A DNA stretch of 32,544 nt from Erysipelotrichaceae bacterium (GCA_022772105.1 JALFBO010000106.1:1-32544), one strand, 5' to 3'. Positions 1 to 8,088 are shown, counted from the first letter of the stretch. The notes: generated from the sequence alone by a model not told the origin. Program-made: numbers and translations.

Positions 1-1377
1 TTAGATATATCATCTAAATCATCTTGTAAAGTATCAGGTAGATCTGTTTCTATAGGTGTTTTACGTTCTCTTATGGAAGAAATTGTCGATATTCATTCTC
101 AACATAAAGATAATTCATATTTTGATGAAACAAAGCAAATAGAATTTTTAGATGATTATATTAATAAAAGAGAGAATAATAATTCAATTTGGTATTCATT
201 AATAAATGAATATAAAGATAAGTATGCTTGCCTTGAATCTAGAAAAAAGAAACTTCAAAACATGAAAGAAGAATATGAAGCTATTGATGATATTGAATAC
301 TTGCGTTTCCAATATGATGAAATTGAGAAAGCAAATATTAAGGAAAATGAATTAGAGGAAATAGAAGAAGAAATACAAGTGTTAAGCTCATTTGAAAAAT
401 TAGCTTCTGCATTTAAAGAATTTTCTTCTTATTATGAAGACGCCTCTTCCCTTCTATACCAAGCTAAAAAAGCCTCTAATGCCATTAAAGATGAAGATAT
501 TCTTCTTGATATTAACCGCTTTAATGAAAGTTATTATGAAATGGATGATGCATATGAAAGTGCAAAAAGCAAGTTTGAAAAATATCAAGATAATCTTCAA
601 AAAATGGATTATTTAATTCAAAGAAGGTCATCTTTAAGAGCGTTAGCAAGAAAATATGGTTCTTCTACATCGTTGATTTTAGAGCGTTTTGAAGATATTA
701 AAGAAAAAATTGAACTAATTTCATCTTATGATTATTTAATTGAAAAAGAGGAAAAAGCTATTTTTGATTTAAACAAGGATCTAGAAGAAATAGGAAATAA
801 GATTTCATCTCTAAGAAGAAAATACAAAGAAGTAGTAGAATGTCAAATCAATAAAGAACTTAAAGATCTTTTATTAGAAAATGCATCTTTTAAAGTAGAA
901 ATAACCCCTTCAAATATTAATAAAAAGGGAATAGATGATGTTAAATTTTTATTATGCGCAAATGCAGGTGGCAAATATATGCCTTTATCTTCAACTGCTT
1001 CTTTAGGAGAAACTAGTCGTATTAATCTAGCTATCAAAACTATTTTTAATGAATTAAAGCCTAAAGGAACCATTATATTTGATGAAATTGATACTGGAAT
1101 CTCTGGAAGAGTTGGAGTAGCGGTTAGTAAGAAACTTCATAAAATTTCTCAAAATAGCCAAACAATAGTTATTTCTCACTTACCTCAAGTTGCTTCTAAT
1201 GGAGAACACACATTCTTCGTTAAAAAGATAGTTAAAGATGGTTCAACACAAACTTTAATTAGTGAGATTAATTATGAACAAAAAGTAGAAGAAATTGCAA
1301 AAATGTTATCATCTTCTATTGTTAGTCAAGATTCTTTAAAAGCCGCGAAAGAATTGATAGATACTATAAATAAATAA
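1..1377 (+). CDS. recN: DNA repair protein RecN, C-terminal 458 codons (5' end outside window)
   Basis: The frame is open from base 1 (LDISSKSSCKVSGRSVSIGVLRSL precedes the tracked Met at 73). A long coiled-coil is followed by an SMC-type C-terminal ATPase (LSSTASLGETSRINLAIK, IIFDEIDTGISG, VISHLPQVA). The recN-spoIVB-spo0A order is the conserved Firmicute arrangement. Confidence 0.9.
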   Translation, partial: LDISSKSSCKVSGRSVSIGVLRSLMEEIVDIHSQHKDNSYFDETKQIEFLDDYINKRENNNSIWYSLINEYKDKYACLESRKKKLQNMKEEYEAIDDIEYLRFQYDEIEKANIKENELEEIEEEIQVLSSFEKLASAFKEFSSYYEDASSLLYQAKKASNAIKDEDILLDINRFNESYYEMDDAYESAKSKFEKYQDNLQKMDYLIQRRSSLRALARKYGSSTSLILERFEDIKEKIELISSYDYLIEKEEKAIFDLNKDLEEIGNKISSLRRKYKEVVECQINKELKDLLLENASFKVEITPSNINKKGIDDVKFLLCANAGGKYMPLSSTASLGETSRINLAIKTIFNELKPKGTIIFDEIDTGISGRVGVAVSKKLHKISQNSQTIVISHLPQVASNGEHTFFVKKIVKDGSTQTLISEINYEQKVEEIAKMLSSSIVSQDSLKAAKELIDTINK

Positions 1378-1392
1378 GCAAAATGGAAGAAA

Positions 1393-1399
1393 TGTCGAA
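1393..1399 (+). promoter_or_regulatory. exact Spo0A-box heptamer TGTCGAA, 35 nt upstream of spoIVB start
   Basis: TGTCGAA read directly in the 56-nt recN-spoIVB spacer. A single 7-mer could be chance. Confidence 0.3.
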
Positions 1400-1433
1400 T
1401 TTTGGTAATACTATACATTGAAAGAGGTGGAGT

Positions 1434-2414
1434 ATGACCAAATTAATGATATTAGCTTCCATTTTTTTATCTTCTAATATAGGTATAAAACCTGTCGAGG
1501 TATATATTGGAGGGGAAAATATAGTATTTGAATTAAATGATGTAGGAATTACAGTAACTGGAGGATATGACATCAACTATAATAATACTAAATATAATCC
1601 CATTGATAGTAAAGATATTAACGTGGGTGATGTAATCGTGGGTGTAAATGGAGAAAAAATCAAAGGAATAAATGATTTTGTAAAAAAAATATCATCCTTT
1701 AATGAATACGTAATCTTAAATATTGATAATGGAAGTGATAAAAAGATAAATATTTGTAAAGAAAATGGAATGATTAAGACAGGATTATATGTTAAGGATA
1801 AAACGTTAGGAAGTGGAACATTAACTTTTATTGATCCAAAATCATCTTATTATGTTGCTTTAGGCCATCCCATTTTTGATATAGAAAGGAAAAAGAAAGT
1901 AGAATTTGAAGAAGGAGCCATATATGATACTTCGGTAGAAGGAATAAAAAAAGGCTGTAATGGAAATCCTGGAGAAAAAATAACTAGTACTAGACTTGAT
2001 AACAAGATAGGAAATATAATTAAAAATGATAGTTTTGGTCTATTTGGCAAAATCATTGGTGAATTTATAAATAATAAACAAAAATATCAAATATGTCCAA
2101 AGAATAATGTTAAACTTGGGACAGCTTACATCTATACCGTAATAAAAGGTGTAAATAAAGAAAAATTCCTCATTGAAATTACATCATTACATAAACAAGA
2201 TGAAAATGGTCAAAAAGGCATTGAATTTGAAATAAAGGATAAATATCTTCTTTCTGTTGCAGGAGGAGTGTATTCAGGAATGTCAGGATCACCTATCATT
2301 CAAGATAATAAGATTATCGGGGCAGTTACTCATGTCAAAGTTGATAATATAAAACAAGGATATGGATTATATGCTTCTAATATGTATCAAAGATTAGAAT
2401 CGTTCACCAAATAA
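1434..2414 (+). CDS. spoIVB: SpoIVB-type S55 serine peptidase (sporulation sigma-K checkpoint protease)
   Basis: It has an N-terminal hydrophobic anchor and a PDZ-like segment (GDVIVGVNGEKIKGINDF). The His motif is VALGHPIFD and the Ser motif is GMSGSPIIQDNKIIGAVTHV. A purine-rich SD (GAGGTGGAG) lies immediately upstream. It is about 100 aa shorter than B. subtilis SpoIVB as I remember it. Confidence 0.85.
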   Translation: MTKLMILASIFLSSNIGIKPVEVYIGGENIVFELNDVGITVTGGYDINYNNTKYNPIDSKDINVGDVIVGVNGEKIKGINDFVKKISSFNEYVILNIDNGSDKKINICKENGMIKTGLYVKDKTLGSGTLTFIDPKSSYYVALGHPIFDIERKKKVEFEEGAIYDTSVEGIKKGCNGNPGEKITSTRLDNKIGNIIKNDSFGLFGKIIGEFINNKQKYQICPKNNVKLGTAYIYTVIKGVNKEKFLIEITSLHKQDENGQKGIEFEIKDKYLLSVAGGVYSGMSGSPIIQDNKIIGAVTHVKVDNIKQGYGLYASNMYQRLESFTK

Positions 2415-2560
2415 GCGAATATATAAAAAAATAGTCTCAAAAAATGAGATTTACACAAAAAAATGGAAAAAAACATTATATCAAGTATTTTTTCCTATAA
2501 TAATAAGATAAATCAAGGAAACTTGATGAAGTAATGATAATAGCTACAGGAGGGGCATAT

Positions 2561-3334
2561 ATGAAGAAAAAAAGCATTTTTATCATTAATGAATCACAAA
2601 AATTAATTGAAGATATTAAGGAGGAAGTACAAAGAAGAGACGATATAGAAATATGTGGGGCGTATACATCCTCAAAAGAAGCATTACTAAGAATTAAACA
2701 ATTGAATCATATTGATATGTTAGTAGTAGAACTTGTTTTACCAGATTTAGATGGATATGAAATAATAAGGGAAATAAAAGAAAATAAGGACTCATATCCA
2801 AAAATTGAAATAATTGTTGCTCAATCGGCATTAGTGAATGCTTCAGTTTTAGAAATGGTAAACAAAAGCGGAGCAAATCTATTCTTACAAAAACCATATA
2901 AGATTCAATCTTTATTTAATATGTTCAATTCACTAAATGAGGATAGTAAATCAAATAAAGAAGAAATAGATTTAGAAAAAAGGATTACCAAGATTCTGCA
3001 TGATGTAGGAATACCTGCACATATAAAAGGGTATTCTTATCTAAGAACCGCGATATATTGTTCATATAATAATAATGACTATATTGGACAAGTTACAAAA
3101 GTACTTTATCCAGAAATTGCCAAAAAATATAAAACTACTGGATCACGAGTAGAAAGAGCAATTCGCCATGCAATTGAAGTAGCGTGGAATAGAGGAAATG
3201 TTGATACCATAGATGATATTTTTGGCTATACTATATCAGCATCAAAAGCAAAACCAACTAACAGTGAGTTTATTGCGATGATATCTGACTATATTTCTGT
3301 TGAAAATGAAAGATTAATGTCTAAATTAGCATAA
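2561..3334 (+). CDS. spo0A: Spo0A, master sporulation response regulator, with non-canonical receiver pocket
   Basis: The C-terminal domain is almost identical to the Spo0A signature ([68 protein letters not shown]). I chose the start at ATG 2561 because AGGAGGGG lies at 2548-2555. The tracked Met at 2534 has no SD. Confidence 0.95.
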   Translation: MKKKSIFIINESQKLIEDIKEEVQRRDDIEICGAYTSSKEALLRIKQLNHIDMLVVELVLPDLDGYEIIREIKENKDSYPKIEIIVAQSALVNASVLEMVNKSGANLFLQKPYKIQSLFNMFNSLNEDSKSNKEEIDLEKRITKILHDVGIPAHIKGYSYLRTAIYCSYNNNDYIGQVTKVLYPEIAKKYKTTGSRVERAIRHAIEVAWNRGNVDTIDDIFGYTISASKAKPTNSEFIAMISDYISVENERLMSKLA

Positions 3335-3364
3335 TAAGTATATAATTAGTATAATTATAGTAAT
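3335..3364 (+). repeat. three 11-nt-phased TTAGTATA-like octamers (TAAGTATA taa TTAGTATA att ATAGTAAT) directly after the spo0A stop
   Basis: Read directly. The units start at 3335, 3346 and 3357. The 17-mer AGTATATAATTAGTATA (3337-3353) is identical to 18410-18426. Confidence 0.5.
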
Positions 3365-3366
3365 AA

Positions 3367-3396
3367 AATGGTAAATAGAAATATTTGCCATTTTTT
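3367..3396 (+). terminator. rho-independent terminator of spo0A
   Basis: AATGGTAAATA (3367-3377), loop GAAA, TATTTGCCATT (3382-3392). This is an 11-bp stem with one G-U pair, running into TTTTTTATTTT. Confidence 0.7.
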
Positions 3397-3426
3397 ATTT
3401 TAATAATTATTATGTAAACAATTTAT

Positions 3427-3434
3427 TGTATAAT
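3427..3434 (+). promoter_or_regulatory. extended -10 element TGTATAAT upstream of dinB
   Basis: TGnTATAAT-type box 22 nt before ATG 3456. The -35 is weak (ATTATT). No GAAC-N4-GTTC LexA box was seen. Confidence 0.35.
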
Positions 3435-3455
3435 TAAATAGGTGGAGGATAGACT

Positions 3456-4640
3456 ATGGCAAAAATTATTATGCATATAGATTTAAATGCTTTTTTTGCA
3501 ACTGCAGAGACAATTAAAGATCCTTCACTAGAAGGAAAGCCTTTAATAATCGCTGGATCATCACGAAGGGGAATAGTGTCCACAGCTTCTTATGAGGCGA
3601 GGAAATTTGGAATACATTCGGCAATGCCAACCTACATGGCGCAGCGATTATGTCCCTCTGTTATTATTAGAAACGTAGATTTTGAATTATATCATCGTTT
3701 ATCACAAGAATTTTTTGCATTTGTGAGAGAATATACTTCAATTATTGAAATTGCTTCTGTAGATGAATGTTACGCTGATATGAGCGAATGTATGAAAGAT
3801 TGTAAGAATCCCCAAAAGTTTTTGGAAGATTTACGTGATAATCTATATAAAAAGACAAAATTAAAATGTTCCATTGGGCTTGCACCTAATAAATTTTTGG
3901 CAAAAATGGCTTCCGATTTCAAAAAACCTCTTGGAGTGACCATTATTAGAAAAAAGGATATTCCATCTATTTTATGGCCGCTTCCAATTAAAGATATGTA
4001 TGGAGTTGGAAAAAAGACGTATCCACGTCTAGAAGCCCTTGGTATCAAGACAATTGGTGATTTGGCAAAATGTGAAGATATAGAAGTAAAAAAAACTTTA
4101 GGGAAAGGTTTTACCGTTTTAAAAGGATGGGCAAATGGAGATGGTGATGACACTGTATCGACTGAGGAAATGGATCCAAAATCTATAGGACATTCTTCGA
4201 CATTTTTATTCGATACAGATGATTATGAAGAAATTAAGAAAAAGCTTTATGAACTAAGCTTAGAGGTTTCAGAAGACGCGAAAAAGAAGGATAAAGTGGG
4301 AACTACAATTTCAATCGTGATGAAAACTCCTGATTTTATAACCACTAATAGATCTATATCAATAAGTATTCCTACAAATGAAGGTGAAATTATCTATAAT
4401 AATGCAATGAAACTATTTGATAGTAATTATAAAGGTAATCCCATTAGATTAATTGGAGTCACATTATCAAATTTAAAAGAAAAAGAAAACTTTTTTGTGC
4501 AAATGAATTTGTTTGATATGGAAAAAGTAAGAGAAGAAAATGCTACAAAATTATTATTGAATGAATTAAATGCTAAATTTAAAAATAAAAAAATATTTAT
4601 TGCCGCAAGTGAATTGGAGAAAAAACATGAAAAAAGATGA
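3456..4640 (+). CDS. dinB: DNA polymerase IV (Y-family translesion polymerase)
   Basis: Motifs MHIDLNAFFATAE, SVDECYADM and LAPNKFLAKMASDFKKP are present, and the SD is GGTGGAGG. An internal clamp-binding-like QMNLF lies at 4500-4514. Confidence 0.9.
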   Translation: MAKIIMHIDLNAFFATAETIKDPSLEGKPLIIAGSSRRGIVSTASYEARKFGIHSAMPTYMAQRLCPSVIIRNVDFELYHRLSQEFFAFVREYTSIIEIASVDECYADMSECMKDCKNPQKFLEDLRDNLYKKTKLKCSIGLAPNKFLAKMASDFKKPLGVTIIRKKDIPSILWPLPIKDMYGVGKKTYPRLEALGIKTIGDLAKCEDIEVKKTLGKGFTVLKGWANGDGDDTVSTEEMDPKSIGHSSTFLFDTDDYEEIKKKLYELSLEVSEDAKKKDKVGTTISIVMKTPDFITTNRSISISIPTNEGEIIYNNAMKLFDSNYKGNPIRLIGVTLSNLKEKENFFVQMNLFDMEKVREENATKLLLNELNAKFKNKKIFIAASELEKKHEKR

Positions 4641-5505
4641 AGCAATTGACGAATTTATCCGTTACATGGTCGGTGAACGGGGGATTTCTAAGAATACCAT
4701 TATTACCTATAAAGAAGATTTGATGATTTTTTCTTCATCCACTACAAAAGAAGAAGCAAATGATTTTAATAATAATGATATATATGAATTTATTACCGCT
4801 ATGTCAAATGAGGGGAAATCAAGTTCAACAATTATTAGAAGAGTGACAACTATTAGACAGTTTTATAAATTTCTTCAAAAAGAAAAAATAATTATCAATC
4901 AATCTAAAAACGTGGAATTACCAAAATTAAATGAACATTTGCCTACTGTTTTGTCTTTAGATGAGGTGGAAGAACTATTTAAAATGCCAAATATGGAGAA
5001 AAAAGAAGGAATACGAGATAGGGCAATGTTAGAAATTATGTATTCATCTGGTCTAAGAGTATCAGAATTGCTAAACTTAGAACTAAGTTCAATTGATCGA
5101 AATTATGATTGCATAATCATAAATGGTAAAGGAAATAAACAAAGAATGGTTCCTATTGGTGATTTTGCTCGTGATTATTTAATAAAATACATAAATGAAG
5201 TTAGAAATAAAAGTAAATATAAAAATTCCAAATATGTCTTTTTAAATAATCAAGGGGGAATTTTATCTAGGCAATATTTTTGGAGACAAATAAAAAAATA
5301 TGCTCAGGAAGCAGGAATATTTCAAAATGTAACGCCTCATACTCTTCGTCACAGTTTTGCTACTCATCTTCTTGAAAATGGGGCTGAACTTCGATTTGTA
5401 CAAGCTATGTTAGGACATGAAAATATAGCAACAACACAGATATATACTCACGTTTCTAGCAAACGGATTCTTTCAGCATATGAATTGTATATGAATAAGA
5501 ATTAA
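4627..5505 (+). CDS. xerD: site-specific tyrosine recombinase XerD
   Basis: SD GGAGA lies 7 nt before ATG 4627, and the CDS overlaps the dinB end by 14 nt. The catalytic set is in LRVSEL, HTLRHSFATHLL and LGHENIATTQIYTHV. Adjacency to deoB matches B. subtilis ripX-drm. Confidence 0.85.
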   Translation: MKKDEAIDEFIRYMVGERGISKNTIITYKEDLMIFSSSTTKEEANDFNNNDIYEFITAMSNEGKSSSTIIRRVTTIRQFYKFLQKEKIIINQSKNVELPKLNEHLPTVLSLDEVEELFKMPNMEKKEGIRDRAMLEIMYSSGLRVSELLNLELSSIDRNYDCIIINGKGNKQRMVPIGDFARDYLIKYINEVRNKSKYKNSKYVFLNNQGGILSRQYFWRQIKKYAQEAGIFQNVTPHTLRHSFATHLLENGAELRFVQAMLGHENIATTQIYTHVSSKRILSAYELYMNKN

Positions 5506-5535
5506 TATATAATATTAATTGAGGAGAAAAAAAGT

Positions 5536-6732
5536 ATGAATAAAAGATATAAACGTGTATTTATGATTGTTATGGATTCACTAGGAATTGGTGAAATGGA
5601 AGATGCATCTAAATATGGAGATAAAGGAACAAATACATTTGTTCACATTTCCGAAAAAGTTAATGGACTTAATATACCAAATTTAAATAGTCTAGGAATT
5701 GCTGATTTAGGACCGATTAAAGGGACTTACAAAGTATCTCATCCCCATTCTTATGTTTTTAAATCAAAAGAAGCATCAAATGGAAAAGATACAATGACTG
5801 GACACTGGGAAATGATGGGAATATTTACCCAAAAACCATTTAAAACTTTTACAGATACGGGATTTCCTAAAGAATTGATAGATGAATTAGAAGAGAAAAC
5901 GGGAAGACATATTGTTGGTAATTGTTCAGCTTCAGGAACTGAAATTATTAAATTATGGGGAGAACACCAACTTAAAACAGGAGATTTAATTGTCTATACT
6001 TCCGCAGATTCAGTTCTTCAAATCGCAGCACATGAAGAAATTATACCTGTGCAAGAACTTTATAAATATTGTCAAATTGCTCGAACAATTTGCCTTAGAG
6101 AAGAATATTTGTTAGGAAGAATTATCGCTCGTCCATTTATTGGAACTTCAAAAGATAACTTTAAGCGTACTTCTAACCGCCATGATTATGCTTTATCACC
6201 ATCTGGCATTACATATATGGATTTATTGAAAGAAAAAGGGTATACAGTATCTTGTATTGGTAAAATTAATGATATTTTTAATGGTCAAGGCGTTACAAAA
6301 ACCCAACGAACAATTTCAAATAATGATGGAATGGATAAAACTATATTAGAAACCAAAGAAGAATTTGAAGGATTATGTTTTGTTAATCTAGTTGAATTTG
6401 ATTCTGAATTCGGTCATAGAAGAGATCCAAAGGGGTATGGACACTGCATAGAAGAATTCGATGCTAAATTAGGAGAATTACTACCTTTATTACATGATGA
6501 TGACCTTTTAATTATTACCGCAGACCATGGAAATGATCCTACATGGACAGGAAGTGATCATACTAGAGAAAAAGTCCCAACTATTTTCTATAGTAAATCA
6601 ATCCAAAATGGTCGTTTATTGGAGGAAAGATCCTCTTTTGCGGATATGGGAAGAACCATATGTGAGAATTTTGGTATTGAAAAAGAAAATACCCAAATAG
6701 GAGATGTTATTAATGAAATATTTGAAAAATAA
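5536..6732 (+). CDS. deoB: phosphopentomutase
   Basis: Motifs MDSLGIGE, NLVEFDSEFGHRRD and TADHGNDPT are present. The SD is GAGGAG. Confidence 0.9.
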   Translation: MNKRYKRVFMIVMDSLGIGEMEDASKYGDKGTNTFVHISEKVNGLNIPNLNSLGIADLGPIKGTYKVSHPHSYVFKSKEASNGKDTMTGHWEMMGIFTQKPFKTFTDTGFPKELIDELEEKTGRHIVGNCSASGTEIIKLWGEHQLKTGDLIVYTSADSVLQIAAHEEIIPVQELYKYCQIARTICLREEYLLGRIIARPFIGTSKDNFKRTSNRHDYALSPSGITYMDLLKEKGYTVSCIGKINDIFNGQGVTKTQRTISNNDGMDKTILETKEEFEGLCFVNLVEFDSEFGHRRDPKGYGHCIEEFDAKLGELLPLLHDDDLLIITADHGNDPTWTGSDHTREKVPTIFYSKSIQNGRLLEERSSFADMGRTICENFGIEKENTQIGDVINEIFEK

Positions 6733-7732
6733 ATTGTCTGTAGGGGGATGTTTACTTATAACATCCCTTTGTGCTACTTCTTGTTTACAAATTCATACAT
6801 ATGATCCATTAGAATTTAAAATTATTTGTAATCGTGGCCCAATAGCTTACGTTTTATGTGGATATTTTGATGATGATAATTTGAATGTTTCTAAAGATGA
6901 ATCACAAATTGAGAAAGCTTTTGAAACAAATGAATATGGCATTATTGGCTATGACACAATAAAAGGATTAGAACTTTGTGAAAAATATGATAATTATGTC
7001 CTTTTACAAAACTATTGTGGCGGTAGTTATACTCTTATTTCCACTAATCCAGAGGTCAGTAAAACTTTTGAAGGATGTAAAATCTTAGCAAATAACGAAA
7101 AAGGGACCTTAGGAGCGATTTTAAACTTCGTTAAGGGTAATTTCAATATCGATGACGTTTCTTTCGTAGAGAGCCCTTCTTATGAGTTTTATAGCGATAT
7201 AAGAAGTGGAAGATATTTATCTGATTATGATTTTATTGCATTAAAAGCACCTTATGCTCAAAGACTTATATCTAATGACCAAGAGGATAACAAAGCTTTT
7301 GGAAATGTTTGTCAGTCTTTTAGATTATATAATATCTATGGACAAATGATGGATCCAAATACGCTAAATTATGACAAATATTATTATGCTGAGGACTCAT
7401 TGTTCGTAAGCAAAGATCTATTAAACAATAATTCGTTAAATAAGAATTATCAATCATTTATTGATACAACAAATATAATAACAGATAAAGCAATTAATGA
7501 TCCATATCAAACCATGACTCAATTCAATCGAAAAACTAACAAGAGGGATGTTCAATTTGAAAATTACGGTTATTCCATTGATGAAATTGGAGAACTACAA
7601 AATTGGGAACAACATAACAATGTAAAAATTCCTTATAATTATACTAGATTTTCAACAACATTTAGCAATTCAGACTTACAAGATTATCTAAATTTAATTG
7701 GAAAAAGTTTTGATGAGAAATTATTTTATTAA
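6713..7732 (+). CDS. hypothetical exported protein, possible lipoprotein (Cys-containing signal peptide)
   Basis: AGGAG at 6699-6703 sits 9 nt before ATG 6713, and the CDS overlaps the deoB end. The N-terminus MKYLKNKLSVGGCLLITSLCATSC is signal-peptide-like, but neither Cys fits the lipobox perfectly. I recognised no family. Confidence 0.6.
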   Translation: MKYLKNKLSVGGCLLITSLCATSCLQIHTYDPLEFKIICNRGPIAYVLCGYFDDDNLNVSKDESQIEKAFETNEYGIIGYDTIKGLELCEKYDNYVLLQNYCGGSYTLISTNPEVSKTFEGCKILANNEKGTLGAILNFVKGNFNIDDVSFVESPSYEFYSDIRSGRYLSDYDFIALKAPYAQRLISNDQEDNKAFGNVCQSFRLYNIYGQMMDPNTLNYDKYYYAEDSLFVSKDLLNNNSLNKNYQSFIDTTNIITDKAINDPYQTMTQFNRKTNKRDVQFENYGYSIDEIGELQNWEQHNNVKIPYNYTRFSTTFSNSDLQDYLNLIGKSFDEKLFY

Positions 7733-7745
7733 TAAATTAGGCAAA

Positions 7746-7801
7746 TTAGTATAAATAATAATATAATATTAGTAATTATTTAGTATATAAATTATAGTAT
7801 C
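7746..7801 (+). repeat. cluster of TTAGTATA-like octamers downstream of the lipoprotein gene (7746, 7769, 7780, 7794; another at 7831)
   Basis: Read directly. The 14-mer CAAATTAGTATAAA occurs at 7742-7755 and again at 7827-7840, flanking the terminator. Confidence 0.45.
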
Positions 7802-7825
7802 TTTAGTAAAGGTACTATTTTTTTT
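7796..7825 (+). terminator. rho-independent terminator of the dinB-xerD-deoB-lipoprotein unit
   Basis: AGTATCTTT / AAAGGTACT stem (one G-U pair), loop AGT, followed by T8 (7818-7825). Confidence 0.65.
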
Positions 7826-8056
7826 ACAAATTAGTATAAAATGTGTCAAAACAAGATATATATCTAAAATCTTAATACTAAAATTCAATAATTTACGACA
7901 TGAAAATACCATTTATTTATATAAAAGTTTACATAATATGTATTATGCGAAGTAAATAATATAAAGGATTCTGCCTTTATTTTGTCGAATTTCACAATAT
8001 TATGTCTAGTAATTATATAAGAAAATGCCTTACCCTACCTATTTATAGATACCCAT

Positions 8057-8088
8057 AAAAAAAGATCTATCTAAAATCTGTTTTAGAT
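8057..8088 (-). terminator. probable terminator of the yqeG...mtnN operon
   Basis: Perfect 8-bp stem ATCTAAAA (8069-8076) / TTTTAGAT (8081-8088) with loop TCTG. On the minus strand it is followed after 5 nt by U7 (A7 at 8057-8063 on the plus strand). Confidence 0.5.

Noticed and set aside
434-616. 60-aa plus-strand ORF, together with the 843-1073 minus-strand ORF, inside recN
   Set aside because: Both are nested in alternative frames of a strongly supported recN CDS. Their composition is typical of AT-rich off-frame translation, and they have no SD.
2428-2448. Hairpin AGTCTCA-AAAAA-TGAGATT after spoIVB as a terminator
   Set aside because: It has only 5 contiguous base pairs and no following U-tract. 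It is more likely an inefficient pause site, so spoIVB-spo0A read-through remains possible.
2534-2560. Upstream Met (MIIATGGAY) as the Spo0A start
   Set aside because: The AGGAGGGG SD lies inside this extension and is correctly spaced for ATG 2561. Spo0A orthologues start close to the MKK...I.I segment.
4088-4095. A8 or T8 homopolymer runs in coding regions (for example dinB 4088-4095 and spoIVB 1682-1689) as phase-variation switches
   Set aside because: Runs of this length are expected in DNA this AT-rich. They encode ordinary Lys-Lys and the frames are intact.
3770-4153. 127-aa antisense ORF within dinB. The same applies to 4427-4645, 9027-9251, 9432-9626, 10946-11176, 11589-11777, 14290-14484, 14632-14844, 16385-16747, 18059-18346, 19328-19585, 21995-22294, 22619-22810, 23381-23656, 26982-27308, 27990-28217, 28630-28836 and 30784-30969.
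   Set aside because: All lie antisense to, or off-frame within, CDSs that carry unmistakable family motifs. None has a convincing SD or a recognisable domain.
4196-4202. Reverse-strand 0A box (TTCGACA) inside dinB
   Set aside because: It is intragenic and in the middle of a CDS. Its occurrence is consistent with the chance expectation for a 7-mer.
7772-7912. 46-codon minus-strand ORF (MVFSCRKLLNFSIKILD...) in the 7733-8110 spacer, plus several peptides of 17 codons or fewer on the plus strand
   Set aside because: There is no SD. The ORF runs through the terminator hairpin of the opposing unit, and its composition looks like translated AT-rich spacer.
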